DNA of 63,799 nucleotides, filler included, from Octopus bimaculoides (GCF_001194135.2; 4 parts of 3 records of this genome joined end to end with filler, not necessarily neighbours in it); one strand, 5' to 3'; positions 14,552 to 28,273 are shown, counted from the first letter of the whole stretch. The notes: generated by a model not told the origin, from the letters alone. Translations and numbers: made by a program.

Positions 14552-14866
14552 TATTCAGCGGTACTATACAAAAAAGATCGCCACAGTCCAACAGATGAAC
14601 TACAGGGAACGACTGAAGGCACTAGGTCTCTACTCCCTGGAACGCAGGCGGGAGAGATATGTAATAATATACATATGGAAAATACTGGAAGGACTGGTGC
14701 CAAACTTTGGCATCAAGTACTACAGGAATGCCCGCACGGGTCACCACTGCATGGTACCAAAGGTGCTGTCCACTGCATCTCACATAAGAACGAGATACTG
14801 CAGCAGCCTCGGTTTCAGAGGACCTCAGCTCTTCAATGCCCTGCCAAAACATTTGAGAGACCTACA
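14552..14866 (+). mobile_element. CR1-type LINE ORF2 3' end, running into a gap
   Basis: YRERLKALGLYSLERRRERY...GPQLFNALPKHLRDL is the typical CR1 ORF2 C-terminus. Confidence 0.85.
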
Positions 14867-17397
14867 NNNNNNNNNNNNNNNNNNNNNNNNNNNNNNNNNN
14901 NNNNNNNNNNNNNNNNNNNNNNNNNNNNNNNNNNNNNNNNNNNNNNNNNNNNNNNNNNNNNNNNNNNNNNNNNNNNNNNNNNNNNNNNNNNNNNNNNNNN
15001 NNNNNNNNNNNNNNNNNNNNNNNNNNNNNNNNNNNNNNNNNNNNNNNNNNNNNNNNNNNNNNNNNNNNNNNNNNNNNNNNNNNNNNNNNNNNNNNNNNNN
15101 NNNNNNNNNNNNNNNNNNNNNNNNNNNNNNNNNNNNNNNNNNNNNNNNNNNNNNNNNNNNNNNNNNNNNNNNNNNNNNNNNNNNNNNNNNNNNNNNNNNN
15201 NNNNNNNNNNNNNNNNNNNNNNNNNNNNNNNNNNNNNNNNNNNNNNNNNNNNNNNNNNNNNNNNNNNNNNNNNNNNNNNNNNNNNNNNNNNNNNNNNNNN
15301 NNNNNNNNNNNNNNNNNNNNNNNNNNNNNNNNNNNNNNNNNNNNNNNNNNNNNNNNNNNNNNNNNNNNNNNNNNNNNNNNNNNNNNNNNNNNNNNNNNNN
15401 NNNNNNNNNNNNNNNNNNNNNNNNNNNNNNNNNNNNNNNNNNNNNNNNNNNNNNNNNNNNNNNNNNNNNNNNNNNNNNNNNNNNNNNNNNNNNNNNNNNN
15501 NNNTATATATATATAATGGAACAAAAACGCAATAGAGGGCATTAAAGGTTTCGGACAGATTAACGGCACAAAGGCGGACAAGAGAAACAACAATTAGAAG
15601 GATAGGCAAAAAAGACAGGTCATTCTTGGCTTTCTTTCTTCAGTCATGTACCAAAAGTCAGGCCCATTTGGAACAATTACACTTGAGATCGTTCGATCTG
15701 GTTGTCCCCAAAAAAGTCTAAGCTAAGTGCATTAGACCCCTTTGTAAGAAAGCTAGCGAATGTGTATGGTACAGAATTATGAATACAAACAACACAAAAT
15801 AGCAACAGACGTCTTTTGACTTAGAACGATTCAAATTGAGCTGGCATGTATGGAGGGAAAACGAAAAGGCAGGAACAGGGGCGATGGACACAAGACGTGT
15901 TGATGTTCGGCAGTCAGGCCAAGAAAGAAAGATCATGGCTAGCCGGTCACCGATCACTTGGAAAGAGGAGAAATGGGTAGGGGACATATATATATTTAGT
16001 AAATTTAATAAGAAGGATGGTTATGATAAGGATGAATCCTCTTATAAGGATGGTTTCATCCATCTAATATATTATACTGTGAAGAGATATCTCTTCAATA
16101 AATATATAAATATCAAATATTATTAAGTAAGAAAATGGAGATTTAATGGACAAAATTAATTAATTGTTGCAATTCACACTCAGGACAAAACACAAGACAT
16201 ATATGATAAAATAAGTTTGCATTTTGAGGACTTTGAGTGAAATATCATCAGGATGAAAGAACATTAAGGAAGTTACATGTTGATCGGTTGAGACAGTCTA
16301 ACAAACTAAGTAGATGAAAGTAGGTAATTATACTTTAAGAAAAATATTAACGCGTGCTAACACACAGACACAGGCACACACACAGAGGCAAGTAAATAAA
16401 CATACATTCATCTGATTAGTGTGTTAGAATGTCTCAACCGATCAACACCGGGAATCATTACATTTCTTTCACACAACCACCAAGTTTCAAAACTTTTATA
16501 GTAACATAAAACCTCGGAAAATTCAAATATTTAAAAATGTCTGGAATACGCTGCTAAGTAAATTGAACTGGATATATATGGAAAACACAAATTGAAACCC
16601 TAATGTCATTATAGAAACGCCATAAAACCATGCGAAGTAAAGTGCCAATCAACCAAACATTTGCTTTTCTCCTTTTCTGGTGTAAATGTAACATGAACTT
16701 GTTAGAACTGAACATGATACAATAAATGAAGCGTAGATGTACTTGTGTTTAATGTGAATAATCAATTTCTATTGCACGTTATAATGCGCTTTAATTGTTG
16801 TGGAGGTAATAACCAAATATTTATATAGATTTTAGTAACTATTTAGAGATAGAGGTAATATAAAAGAACTGTTTTCAGTGTCATGCTTCGATGGTACTTC
16901 TGGTCATTTATTGGTCGCTAAGATTTTGAAATTGTTGACCCGTTAATACTGCTCTTAAAACTAGGAATTAAATACATTACATGCTGGCAATTTTGTGTAA
17001 GTGATTTTGACTGCGTTTGAATTAGTGTGAATACAGTTTCCAATGAAGCTAGAAATTTCTGAGCGTTGATGAAAATAAACATTTACAAATCAATGAAGGT
17101 ATTCAACAATAATCATTTTTACAACAAGCACAAGTCCTAAAATTATTTGAGAGGCGGCTATTAGGATACATCGATTACAGTACTTGATTAGTATGTATTT
17201 CAACGACTTTTAAATATAAAAAATCAATAAAAGGTATAGTTCTATACGGGGAACACATTCTAAGTATGTTAATTACAGTCACCGGAGATCCCAGTACACC
17301 TCAGAACAATTCAAACGAGTCGTTAGAATATTAACTCGCAACACAGATTATGTGCATCAGAAATGCACCAGTGTACAGAGTTAACCTACAATAAGTG

Positions 17398-17432
<35 letters not shown>

Positions 17433-18271
17433 CAAGAGAGTTAGGGGTTGAGGATCCAACCCACTAAGGGATAATATCTATCCAATATACTGCTGGGAGG
17501 GTACCCAATTATTGTTACACTAGTGTTATACCAAGTGCAATAAATGTGTGCGGGTAAAAGGTTTTTTTTACTCTAAATTAATATAGCAATAAGAAAATGG
17601 ATGGGAGTATGAGGTACTCAGCAACTTGCAGACACTGTATTTCGTTGATTAATCTGTATATTTTATAACCAAAATGACAAAAAAAAAAACAAAAAAACAA
17701 TATACAGACACTACACTTATGACATACCATGTCATATCAACAATTTAGATTTCAAATTTAAAGGACATTTAGCAATTGGTGAAGGGACAAAAACTTACAG
17801 CTGTTTCAGCCTAGCGTTGGCATGCCCCATTCTATCTCTATAGCTCCAGTACGCTAAATTTGAAATCTTAATTGTTAATATGACATGGTATGTTAGAGAA
17901 CAACCTTCTTGCTACAGGAACATACCTGCGGGTTGACGTTGNNNNNNNNNNATATATATATATATATATACTCATATATATGTATACACAATGATACAGA
18001 TATGCGTATATGTATATATAAATACACACACACGCATAGATCTACACTCACACATATATATACAGAGTTTGATGAGGAGGTGTGAACATTTTTGCGTTTT
18101 CGTGTATTTTCCCCAAAAGATTGAAATTGCGACATGATAATGCCAATATATATGAAGCACATGTCTCTTGATGACATATTTACAGCTCGTAACCGGAATC
18201 TTTGTCTTACGTAATATTCTCTGTTTAAAACTGTTCTGAAAATATTGAGTCACAGGCTCTCAGTTGCATTC

Positions 18272-18319
<48 letters not shown>

Positions 18320-18398
18320 ACATACATACATACATATGATATATATAAAACACTGGTACCTCCCGATGTATACATATGCATATATAAATATGTATGTA

Positions 18399-18431
<33 letters not shown>

Positions 18432-18531
18432 NNNNNNNNNNNNNNNNNNNNNNNNNNNNNNNNNNNNNNNNNNNNTTAATTAATTAANNNNNNNNNNNNN
18501 NNNNNNNNNNNNNNNNNNNNNNNNNNNNNNN
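18432..18531. other. Assembly linker N44-TTAATTAATTAA-N44
   Basis: Exactly 100 nt; the 12-mer carries stops in all six frames. Identical at 39016-39115 and 59080-59179. Confidence 0.9.
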
Positions 18532-19380
18532 ATATATATATATATATATATATATATACGCATATATATACGTTTGTATGTCTCTGTGTGTGTATGTATG
18601 CATGCATATAGGAATCTACGAATATATACACATCCATGTACAAGCAATTTGTGTATAGACAACTCATTTCGAAATGTCAACAAAAATATTATTTGAGAGT
18701 TTACGGTAGAGAAATTTGAAAGGAATTACCAATTTTCAATTATTTTTACATGTTTCTTTCTTCTCTGTATAAATTGTCTTATTTTCTAAGACGTTACCCT
18801 CATTACTTAATTACATCGTACTGTTGAGGAATATAAAAAGAAATCTAATCTATACTAATGGTGTTTAATAAGCGACACTTATGCTTTTACTTATTCGTTC
18901 CGCTTACCCAAAAGATAAGATTTATTTTTGTACATTTCTGACTTCGTCTGTTTTCTTAAAGCGAAAGATCACCGTATTTCTCCAGAACAGCCATGAATGT
19001 TTGTGTGTGGTCTTCTGTGTGTATGTGTGTATGGTGAGGGAAGACAGAGAAAGAGAGAGAGACGGAAAGATAGAGATAAGTGATAGATAAATACAGAGAA
19101 AAAGAGAAAGAGAGAAGGAGAGAGAGAAATGGTGAATACATATCCGAATTTCCTTAATACAAAATCAACATGGAGAATAATGTTGTTTTCGGTTTTCTTG
19201 TTTTTATCTTTTGAATGTAAGTTATAACATAAGGTGAAAATAGAAATACTCAATTCATCTCTCAGTAAAAATAACAACTAAGTTAGACTACAGACATATT
19301 CACACATATATAAACTCACAAACATAGAGACAGAGGCACGCACATACTGGCACATACAAGCATATTCAGAGATGCAGAAG

Positions 19381-19442
<62 letters not shown>

Positions 19443-19679
19443 GGCGGCGAGCTGGCAGAACCGTTAGCACGCCGGGCGAAATGCTTAGCGGTATTTCCTC
19501 TGCCGTTACGTTCTGAGTTCAAATTCCGCCGAGGTCGACTTTGCCTTTCATCCTTTCGGGGTCGATAAATTAAGTACCAGTTACACACTGGGGTCGATGT
19601 AATCGACTTAACCCCTTTGTCTGTTCTTGTTTGTCCCCCTCTGTGTTTAGCCCCTTGTGGGCAATAAAGAAATAAGAAA
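19443..19679 (+). mobile_element. SINE family B, full length
   Basis: GGCGGCGAGCTGGCAGAA...GAGTTCAAATTCC (B-box-like)...gtcgactttgcctttcatcctttcggggtcgata... More than 10 related copies in the window. Confidence 0.85.
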
Positions 19680-20169
19680 CATACACACACCCATACTTAT
19701 ACGCATATACGCGCATGTATATCTTTTGCCAATGCAAAAGTTTACTATCTGTAAGAAAACAGAAACCGCAACGTCCATTTTGCCTACTACATAATAATAA
19801 CAGTTGCAAAGTGAATTTAGCTTAACCATTTCGTTAACATGGTAGTTTCAGAATCAAATGCTTATGAATAATAATTACCCAAACGAAAGGTTCTCCGTTA
19901 GGTACTCACCAGGCCAAATATACCTTAGTCAAATAAGGGTTATAATGTCAAGGGATCCCATATTAACAATCTTGAGATTTCATCGAAAAGTGGTATCTTT
20001 GGCTTGAAGAGTAGCTAGCGGAGTACGTCTCATTTGGGTAATTACTATTTCTGAGGGCTGGCTAGAAAGCATATGTAGCCAGGATTTTACCAACTTCATT
20101 CCCTAAATTTGGATTTTTATTCGCATACACACTAACTACAGTTGTTAACCATGAACTATGAAATAACTT

Positions 20170-20402
20170 TTTCACCACAACTTTCTCTCACTCTTACTTC
20201 CTGTTTCTGTTGTGCCTGTATTTCAAAGGGTCAACCTTGTCACACTCTGTGTCACACTGAATATCCCCCGAGAACTACGTTAAGGGTACACGTGTTTGTG
20301 GAGTGCTCAGCCACTTGCACGTTAATTTCACGAGCAGGCTGTTCCGTTGATCGGATCAACTGGAACCCTCGTCGTCGTAAGCGACGGAGTGCCAACAACA
20401 AC
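20170..20402 (+). mobile_element. SINE family C, 5'-truncated
   Basis: caccacaactttctctcactcttacttcc...gcgacggagtgccaacaac. Confidence 0.82.
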
Positions 20403-20608
20403 AATGAGTGTGCGTATGTGTGCGTGCGCGCACGCGTGTGTATACGTATACATACATATTTTCATACCTGGAAGGTTGGTAGGTAGTTTTCGAGTGTTTC
20501 TTTAGAATTGAAAGAAGTGCGCTCTGCGTAGTCAATTGAGTTGAAACCTATTGATATAGTTTTGCGGTTCATTTATGGGTACCTTAGCTTTCTTCATCCT
20601 TATTACTT

Positions 20609-20750
20609 TCTTTTACTCTTTACTCTTTTACTTGTTTCAGTCATTTGACTGCGGTCATGCTGGAGCACCAACTTTAGTCGAATAAATCGACCTCAGGACT
20701 TGTAAGCCTAGTACTTATTCTATCGGTCTCTTTTTGCCGAACCGCTAAGT
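20609..20750 (-). mobile_element. SINE family A, 3' fragment
   Basis: cttttacttgtttcagtcatttgactgcgg...gccgaaccgctaag shared with 432-560. Confidence 0.8.
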
Positions 20751-21053
20751 GATATCGTCATATTGTATATATTAGCTATTCGAGGTGAGGAAGCGCTATA
20801 ACGTTTATATAACCATTATCTTATATCAAAATTTATCGGCTTTTACTTGTTTAATCCCACATTTTCCCTGACACATCAAGCCAGTTATCAAAGACGTTTG
20901 CAACAGTCAACATACTGTCTTTTGAGGACTAAGTTTATCATAAACTACATTATCCACTTCCTGTATGGTTTTCCTTTTTAAAGGCGATAAGAGAACATCG
21001 GAGAGAGCCGTGAGTGCTATTTCTATAAGACTGAATTGAAAGATCACCTACCG

Positions 21054-21640
21054 TAATGGTTCTCAACCATTTTCCCCCCTATAGATCCTCTAATTCCTAA
21101 TTTACTCGGTGAAGGCGCGTGGCTTAGTGGTTAGAGCACTCGGCTCACGATCATAACGTCGTGAGTTCAATTCCCGGCGCGTTTTCTCCTCCAGAAAGAC
21201 GCTTTATTTCCCGTTGCTCCAGTCCACTCAGCTGGCAACATCAGTAGTACCTATATTTGAAAGGGCCAGCCTTTTCACACTCTGTGTCACGCTGAATCAC
21301 CCCGAGAACTATGTTAAGTGTACATGTATCTGTGGAGTGCTCAACCACTTGCACGTTAATTTCACAAGAAGGTTGTTCCTTTCATTGGATCACCTGGAAC
21401 TCTCATCGCCGTAACCGACAGAGTGAAGAGAATATACTCGGGTGGCCCCTCATAGGCATTTGATGTTTAAGAAAATCCTATTATAGTTTAGATTTAAATA
21501 TTAAGAAATGCATTAAAAAAATTGTTAAGATATCTGGCGTATTGTAAAAGTATAAGCATAATGCTGCATATAAATTATAACAAAGAATCCTTATACGGAT
21601 TCCCAAGGGCCATATTGACCCCCGTCGAGGATAATTACTC
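21054..21640 (+). mobile_element. Possible hAT-type MITE interrupted by a SINE C copy
   Basis: Starts taatggttctcaacc and ends gacccccgtcgaggataatt, resembling (c)agtggttctcaacc...ggttgagaaccactg ends. Degenerate. Confidence 0.3.
21113..21423 (+). mobile_element. SINE family C-related, diverged
   Basis: ggcgcgtggcttagtggttagagc head and gtcacgctgaatc..gagaact..gttaag core. Confidence 0.7.
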
Positions 21641-22711
21641 TAGAGAGTTACGTATTGTCTAAATTAGTAATGGCGAAGCTGCGGTCCAGTAATGGTCAGT
21701 CTGCGGCCGACAAGACATTCTGAATGGCACACATAGCGAAAAATTTCCATTAATTTTTTTTCAGTAGTGTGGTCCGCTTGAAGGTGACGGGCAATATTGC
21801 ATGCGGTCCACTTTCAGAAAATTTGCCCCTAAACGTTTGAGAGAAGAATGTAAGTACTAAGTGGGGGATAAATTTACTGGTTTATAATAATCACTATGTT
21901 TCATTGTATATAATTGAAATTGTATTTTGGAATTTATCAGGCAGGGTATCAAGTATGCAAAAATCTAGAAATAGGCGTTCTGATGTAACGTATGCAATAA
22001 ATCTAGTTATGAATTTAATTTATCTTAAAATCTTTTATCTAATAATTGCCAATTAAAATCGATTCAATTTTCTTTCTTGTGCTGAATATAAATTGGTTAT
22101 TGTTGCTGTTCGTGGTAATTTCGTGCAAAAGATTTTTGTTTTCGTTTTCCAGTTTTTTTTCCTTTATATTTTTTTACACGTTTTGCGTTGTAGTATCTCT
22201 TTCTTATTTTTTTTTTCTTATTGTCGAACACAGCTGATAGAATAACATTAACATATTAAGAGGAACAACTAAAGAAAACAAGCGGGATATAATGCGAAAA
22301 ATGAAATTGCACAAATAGAAGTAAACGAATGCGTAACTAAAGATATAAACATATAAAAGGAACGAACCAAATGTTGTTGGTTGGGTATGAAGTGGAGGTT
22401 GCTGGAGAACAAAAGAAGATATAGAGAGTGCGATGAAGGGCGATAACGCAGTGGACTGTAAGAAATGAAATAAAAAAGTTGAAAAAATAAAAGGAAATCA
22501 AAGGGAAAGGAAATAGGATGGAGGAGAGGACTTGCTTAAGGGAAAGAAAGAGCAAAAAAGCCGAACAGAATGGAGAAATTAGAAGAACAAATTCAAAGAG
22601 AATGAAAAATAAAATTGTATAAGAAAGAAGATGAGGACGGCGAAGAAAAAGTAGTGGTAGCTGTCGTTGTTGTTGTAGCAGTAGAAGAATTAGTTCCTGT
22701 CAGAAGAACTT

Positions 22712-22745
<34 letters not shown>

Positions 22746-22829
22746 AAGAAGTAATACTAGTATTACTGTTAAAGGAAGAAGAGGAAGTTGTAGTAACAGC
22801 AACAGAAGTAATAGTGGTAGTGGTTAAGG

Positions 22830-23211
22830 TTGTTGGCACTCTGTCGCTTACGACGACCAGGGTTCCAGTTGATCCGATCAACGGAACAGCCTGCTCGTGA
22901 AATTAACGTGAAAGTGGCTGAGCCCTCCACAGACACATGTACCCTTAACGTAGTTTTCGGAGAGATTCAGCGTGACACAGTGTGACAAGGCTGACCCTTT
23001 GAATTACAGGCACAACAGAAACAGGAAGTAAGAGTGAGAGAAAGTTGTGGTGGAAGAGTACAGCAGGGTTCGCCACCATCCCCTGCCGGAGCCTCGTGGA
23101 GCTTTAGGTGTTTTCGCTCAATAAACACTCACAACGCCCGGTCTGGGAATCGAAACCGCGATCCTATGACCGCGAGTCCGCTGCCCTAACCACTGGGCCA
23201 TTGCGCCTCCA
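22830..23211 (-). mobile_element. SINE family C, full length, probable 11-bp TSD
   Basis: Reverse complement of 24703-25088. Flanked by gtggttaaggt (22820-22830) and gtggttgaggt (23212-23222). Confidence 0.88.
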
Positions 23212-23384
23212 GTGGTTGAGGTAGCAGTAGAAGAAAAACAGCAACAACTAGTATTAGTGTCAGTAGTAGTGTTAGTAGTAGTAGTAGTAGTAATGGTAGC
23301 AACAGTAGCAGTTGTAGGTAGAAGAAGTAGCAGAGGTAGTATTGGCTGTGGCAGCAGCGACAATAGTAGTAGAAGTAGGAAGGA

Positions 23385-24020
23385 GGAGATGGAAAAAGAA
23401 GAGGAGGAGGAAGGAGACGAAGGGGAAGGAGGAGATGAAGGAGAAGAAGGAAAGGAAGAAGGAGACGAAGAGAAAGAAAAGGAAGAAGGAGACGAAGAAG
23501 AAGAAAAAGGAAGAAGGAAACGAAGAAGAAGATAAGGAAGGAGAGGAGGAAGAAGACGAAGGAGACGAAGAAGAAGAAGAGGAAGAAGGAGACGAAGAGA
23601 AAGAAAAGGAAGAAGGAAACGAAGAGAAAGAAAAGGAAGAAGGAGAAGAAGAAGGAAAAGGAAGAAGGAAACGAAAAAGAAGAAAAGGAAGAACGAGATG
23701 AAGAGAAAGAAAAGGAAGAAGGAAACGAAGAAGAAGAAAAGGAAGAAGGAAATGAAGAAGAAAAGGAAGGAGACGAAGAGGAAGAAGGAGACGAAAAGAA
23801 AGAAAAGGAAGAAGGAGACGAAGAAGAAGAAAAGGAAGAAGGAAACGAAGAAGAAGAAAAGGAAGAAGGAAACGAAGAAGAAAAGGAAGGAGACGAAGAA
23901 GAAGAAGAGGAAGACGAAAAAGAAAAAGAAGAAGGAGACAAAAAATAAGAAGAAGAGGAACAAGGAGGAGGAGAAGAAGAAGAAGAAAAAAGGGGGAAAG
24001 AATGGAAAAAATGAAATGGG
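23385..24020. repeat. Polypurine GAA/GGA higher-order repeat (about 27-nt unit)
   Basis: Recurring aggagacgaaga(g/a)aaagaaaaggaaga-type units; almost no T and few C. Confidence 0.85.
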
Positions 24021-24702
24021 AAGAAGGAAGTTGAAAAGAAAACAAAATATATGTGGGATACCTGTTGAAAGAACAAAAAATAAAAATAAAAAAGCGGGAC
24101 AGAAAACTAATGCGTAAAGACAGTAGTACTGGATATTCTTCAATAAACTCCTTACAATATGTTAATTACTGACAGAAGAATTGGTGAAATCTCGAAAGTT
24201 CTGTGGACATCTCTATTGGCTTTTTAATGTAAAGACGAACAAAATGTCTTTCCTAGTCGACAACTTCTGATGGGAAATATATGTATATGGTTAAATACAG
24301 ACTCCCTCAAATTACGGATTATTACAAAAATTTTTACAGTTTGGGGGTTTCTATAATCCAGTTAATTATCAATAAAATTCATCCATCCTATGGTAAAGAA
24401 AAATAATCCTGCAGACACATTTGATAAATTTATTATCCAGTTTCAAAAAATATCTTAGATTTTAAAAGAAACACGAGGAAGATAAAATGGATTTATTTCT
24501 ATTAAGTCTGGGAGGTACTTCAGCCGGTAATTACGACGGAAAAGACATGAAATCATAAATGATTTGTTTGAATATAGTGTTCTGTACTATTCTGGAGACA
24601 AAAGTTACATGACAACTATATTTGCTAGCAACAACTATATATTCAATATACTAATATGAACAAAAACCTGAGAGATTTATTAAGGATATTGTTAGTTTCA
24701 GA

Positions 24703-25088
24703 AGTGGAGGCGCAATGGCCTAGTGGTTAGGGCAGCGGACTCGCGGTCATAGGATCGCGGTTTCAATTCCCAGACCGGGCGTTGTGAGTGTTTATTGAGC
24801 GAAAACACCTAAAAGCTCCACGAGGCTCCGGCAGGGGATGGTGGCGAACCCTGCTGTACTCTTTCACCACAACTTTCTCTCACTCTTACTTCCTGTTTCT
24901 GTTGTGCCTATAATTCAACGGGTCAGCCTCGTCACATTGGGTCACGCTGAATATCCCCGAGAACTTCGTTAAGGGTACACGTGTCTGTGGAGTGCTCAGC
25001 CACTTTCACGTTAATTTTACGAGCAGGCTGTTCCGTTGATCGGATCAATTGGAACCCTCGACGTCGTAAGCGACGGAGTGCCAACAAC
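24703..25088 (+). mobile_element. SINE family C (tRNA-like head), full length
   Basis: GGAGGCGCAATGGCCTAGTGG...GGTTTCAATTCCC head; tail gtaagcgacggagtgccaacaac. Confidence 0.88.
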
Positions 25089-25414
25089 AGCTTTAGAAAG
25101 ACAAATTTGAAAAATACTCTAATTTTTCTTCACGAGAGATGATATTAGGGATATTTTGTCATGGATCTCAACAAAGGTGTAGTTGGACTGATAGCTGACC
25201 ATATATTTGGTTTGTTTAATGAAACTCGAGTAATATATACGTTGCAGTCCGTCACCTTTACTAAGCAGGTGGGAATGTCAACTATTAATATCATTGACAG
25301 CATTAACACAATAATCTTTGTGTCTCCTTTTGGGAAGACAAATTTAATTTAGAGCAAAGATTGTTTTAGGGTCGATAACATTACAAGTCCGAAGAAAATG
25401 TCTGAACACATGGC

Positions 25415-26115
25415 CAGCAAGTTCGGGGTTGGAGAGGGAAAAAGTCACCTACATCGATCCCAGTGCTCAACTGCTACTTATTGTATCGACTCCGAAGGGA
25501 TTAAAGGCAAAGTCGACCTCGGGGGAAATTGAACTCACAACGTGAAGATGGACAAAACGCCGCTAAGCATTTTGCCCGGCGTGTCAGTTCACCCCTCTCG
25601 TCTTAGCATTAATAACAGAAGATATTAATTGTAATGATAAGATATTTTGCAAAAGGCGGCGAGCTGGCAAAATCGTTAGCATTCGTTATGGCTTGTATAC
25701 TACTGCTTAGAGGGTTGGGTTCATAAAACCGGTTGCTGCGTTAGTCTCTTGAGAAAAACACTTCATTTAATGTTGTTCCAGTACATTCAGCTGTGAGTTC
25801 CAGCAGTGATTGCTGGGATGTTAATCCCGAAACGGACCACTTGTCGTTCAGGAGAGAGCGTTATAATCTTCGTCACTTCTACGCCACGAGAACTGGCTAA
25901 GATCTAGCCTTAGGAGACATAGGGCTCGTAAAAGATAATAAATATTGATTTCAAATTTTTAGAACAAGGCCAGCAAGTTCGGGGAGGGGAGATAGTCAAT
26001 TAAAACGACTCCAATACACAACTGGTACTTATTTCACCGATCCAGAAAGGATGAAAGGCAAAGTCGACCTCAGAGGAATTTGAACTCAGAACGTACAGAC
26101 GGACGAAGTACTGCT
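25415..26115 (-). mobile_element. Cluster of diverged SINE B-related copies
   Basis: Two copies of the aaggcaaagtcgacctc..gaa.ttgaactca core (about 25500-25540 and 26050-26090), plus ggcggcgagctggca at about 25655. Confidence 0.65.
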
Positions 26116-28273
26116 TAGATACATAAATGCAACATTGTAACTGCCGACTTGTTACCCTTGAATTTGTTAAGTATTACCATAATTTCTGTCATTGAGGCTG
26201 AATTTAAAAGTGAACTCCTAACCTATTTATGTCGGTTGAAAATGGCGGTTCTAAGTTTGATAAATTTCAAAACTTCGAATATTCACTGACACAAACTTTG
26301 GAATTTCTGTGGAACGATACCTTTAAGATTCTGTTTTGAGGACAGCAAATTCATTAAAACCGAAATTAACTCTAGGCTGAAGAAATAATTAGACTTCAAC
26401 GTCGCCGTGTTGCTCTCAAATTTTGCTCAGCAGAAATTATCTTTAAAGGAATATATTGGTTAATTGCGGATCTATGCGTGCATTTATTAATAGATACAGC
26501 CTTCGACAACACACCACATCCCACTCTTTACAGATGCATAATTCAACTTCACAGAAGTCCTCATTTCTGTACTGACGTTCGTTTTGGCATATTATCAAGT
26601 GCCCTTGTTTCTCCGGGGCCTATATGTTATAGACTTTGAAACTGTTAATGAATTTATACCACTTCAAATGATTGTTACTTTAGAAATACACATAATTTGC
26701 CGATTTGTTACCAGAGGAATAACAAATCGTTAATAGCACGAAATATGCAGCTCCTTAGTATGGAAATGTGATGATATGTGCAGAATATAATAGGACCACG
26801 ATGAAAATTTGAAAGATTTTCTCTAACGTACCCGCGAAATAGAGCTCTCACTTAACTCGAACGTGTGTAAATTGAAATCTTCTGACTCCTTGGTCAAATG
26901 TTTAGGGTAGCCAAGATGATACATGAGCTGAGAGACTTGGGTTTTCTGTGCCTGGATACCTTAAACGACTACACTGTTTCATTACATTAATTGTAAATAA
27001 TTTGAAAATGATAATATAGTTTTGTTGATATTGGAGCACTATTATTTCAAGTTAAACAATACCAATGTTTTGTTTTCAATTTGGTCCAAATGTTTTGATG
27101 TAATTCGGAAACTGGAGGGTCATGTAGCAGATTTACTATCACCCGTACTTGAAGTATAATTAATAGAGAGGCATGTATATGGTCAACAAGTTCTACATTA
27201 ACGTAGACACCAAATTTGTTTCCATTTACGAAAATTATAGGATATTGAAAGGGAGAAAAAACATTCGTTAACCCTTTGAGCCCTGATCTCCTGAACCTTA
27301 TTTTACCATATACCTGGCACTCCAGCGGTGCTACGGCATAGAAAAATAAGCTATACACCGGTAAACTGGTGTTACGGGCTCTCAGGGTTAAGCCCTTACA
27401 ACAGCCAATCAACAACAAAATTTGTCATTTTTGATAGCACAGTAATTCATATTTGCTTTATCTCGACAAGCAAATGCTTATTGGAGACCATCGACCTCAG
27501 CATTTAATATGAAGTATAACACCGACAAAGAAGAGAACATTTAGTTGCAGGTGTCTTAAATAACATTTCTGCAATTTCTGAAAACAGTGAATTGTTATCT
27601 AATTAGATATAACTGAAATAATAAAAACAATGAGACGCTCCAGCTAAAATAGATAACTGAGTTAATCAATGTAATTACGGAATACCTGTTATTTTTGGGG
27701 TTATATTAATTAATATTGTACATTTTACTTATGTTATCGCTTATGGAAGAGTACGCATACATACACATGTATTTGAACGTGTGTATGTGAGCAGATGCAT
27801 GTGTGCAGATATAAAAACTTGTTTACATACATACATAGACACACAGATGCACAGACATACACGCATGCATACAGACAAAGACACACATGTATATGTGTGT
27901 GTGTGTCTGTGTGTGTGGTTGTGTATGTGTGTATGTGTGTGTGTATACGTGTGTGTGCGCGTATACGCATACATTGAAACACATACATGTCTACACTGGG
28001 GAACAAATTTAAGAACCGTTTTTGGTGCCTCAGTTTTTAAATCCGTTTCTATGTATATCCACGCCGCTGGATAAGAATATGACTATTTGTCTTTAGCATC
28101 TGTGGTTTTTGACAACGCTCGCATCAATAAGTGTACCTACATCCCATATTACCGAAATAAAGAAATAGATTTACTGCCCTTCATCTGGAAAGAAATTTAG
28201 ATCGAGTTTTGCAACGATATTAAAGCTTGCTAATGAAAGTGGATATGTTAAAATATGTGCGAAGTAAATGGCG

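Noticed and set aside
10535-15609. Long ORFs of 190-350 aa (also 37212-38133, 43851-44915, 49370-50106, 60232-61213, 62580-63301)
   Set aside because: They are open only because they cross N runs and microsatellites. The one real coding piece is the CR1 remnant at 14552-14866.
15718-15987. YFVLFVFIILYH segment as the missing TM7 exon
   Set aside because: No suitable phase-0 acceptor or leading Gly; the opposite strand looks more like a decayed LINE.
16530-16600. tag|GGT TTC... (GFNLCFPY) as the missing TM7 exon
   Set aside because: Poor polypyrimidine tract and no FIF/HC similarity.
18476-18487. TTAATTAATTAA islands inside N runs (three copies)
   Set aside because: Identical 44+12+44 layout with six-frame stops indicates an artificial contig linker, not biology.
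23118-24143. 341-aa, 296-aa and 257-aa F/S/L-rich or K/E/R-rich ORFs
   Set aside because: Translations of a purine-only repeat that cannot contain stops in most frames; no splice or domain evidence.
24703-24775. tRNA-like heads of SINE families A, B and C as tRNA genes
   Set aside because: Each continues into a shared non-tRNA body and tail and lacks a complete cloverleaf.
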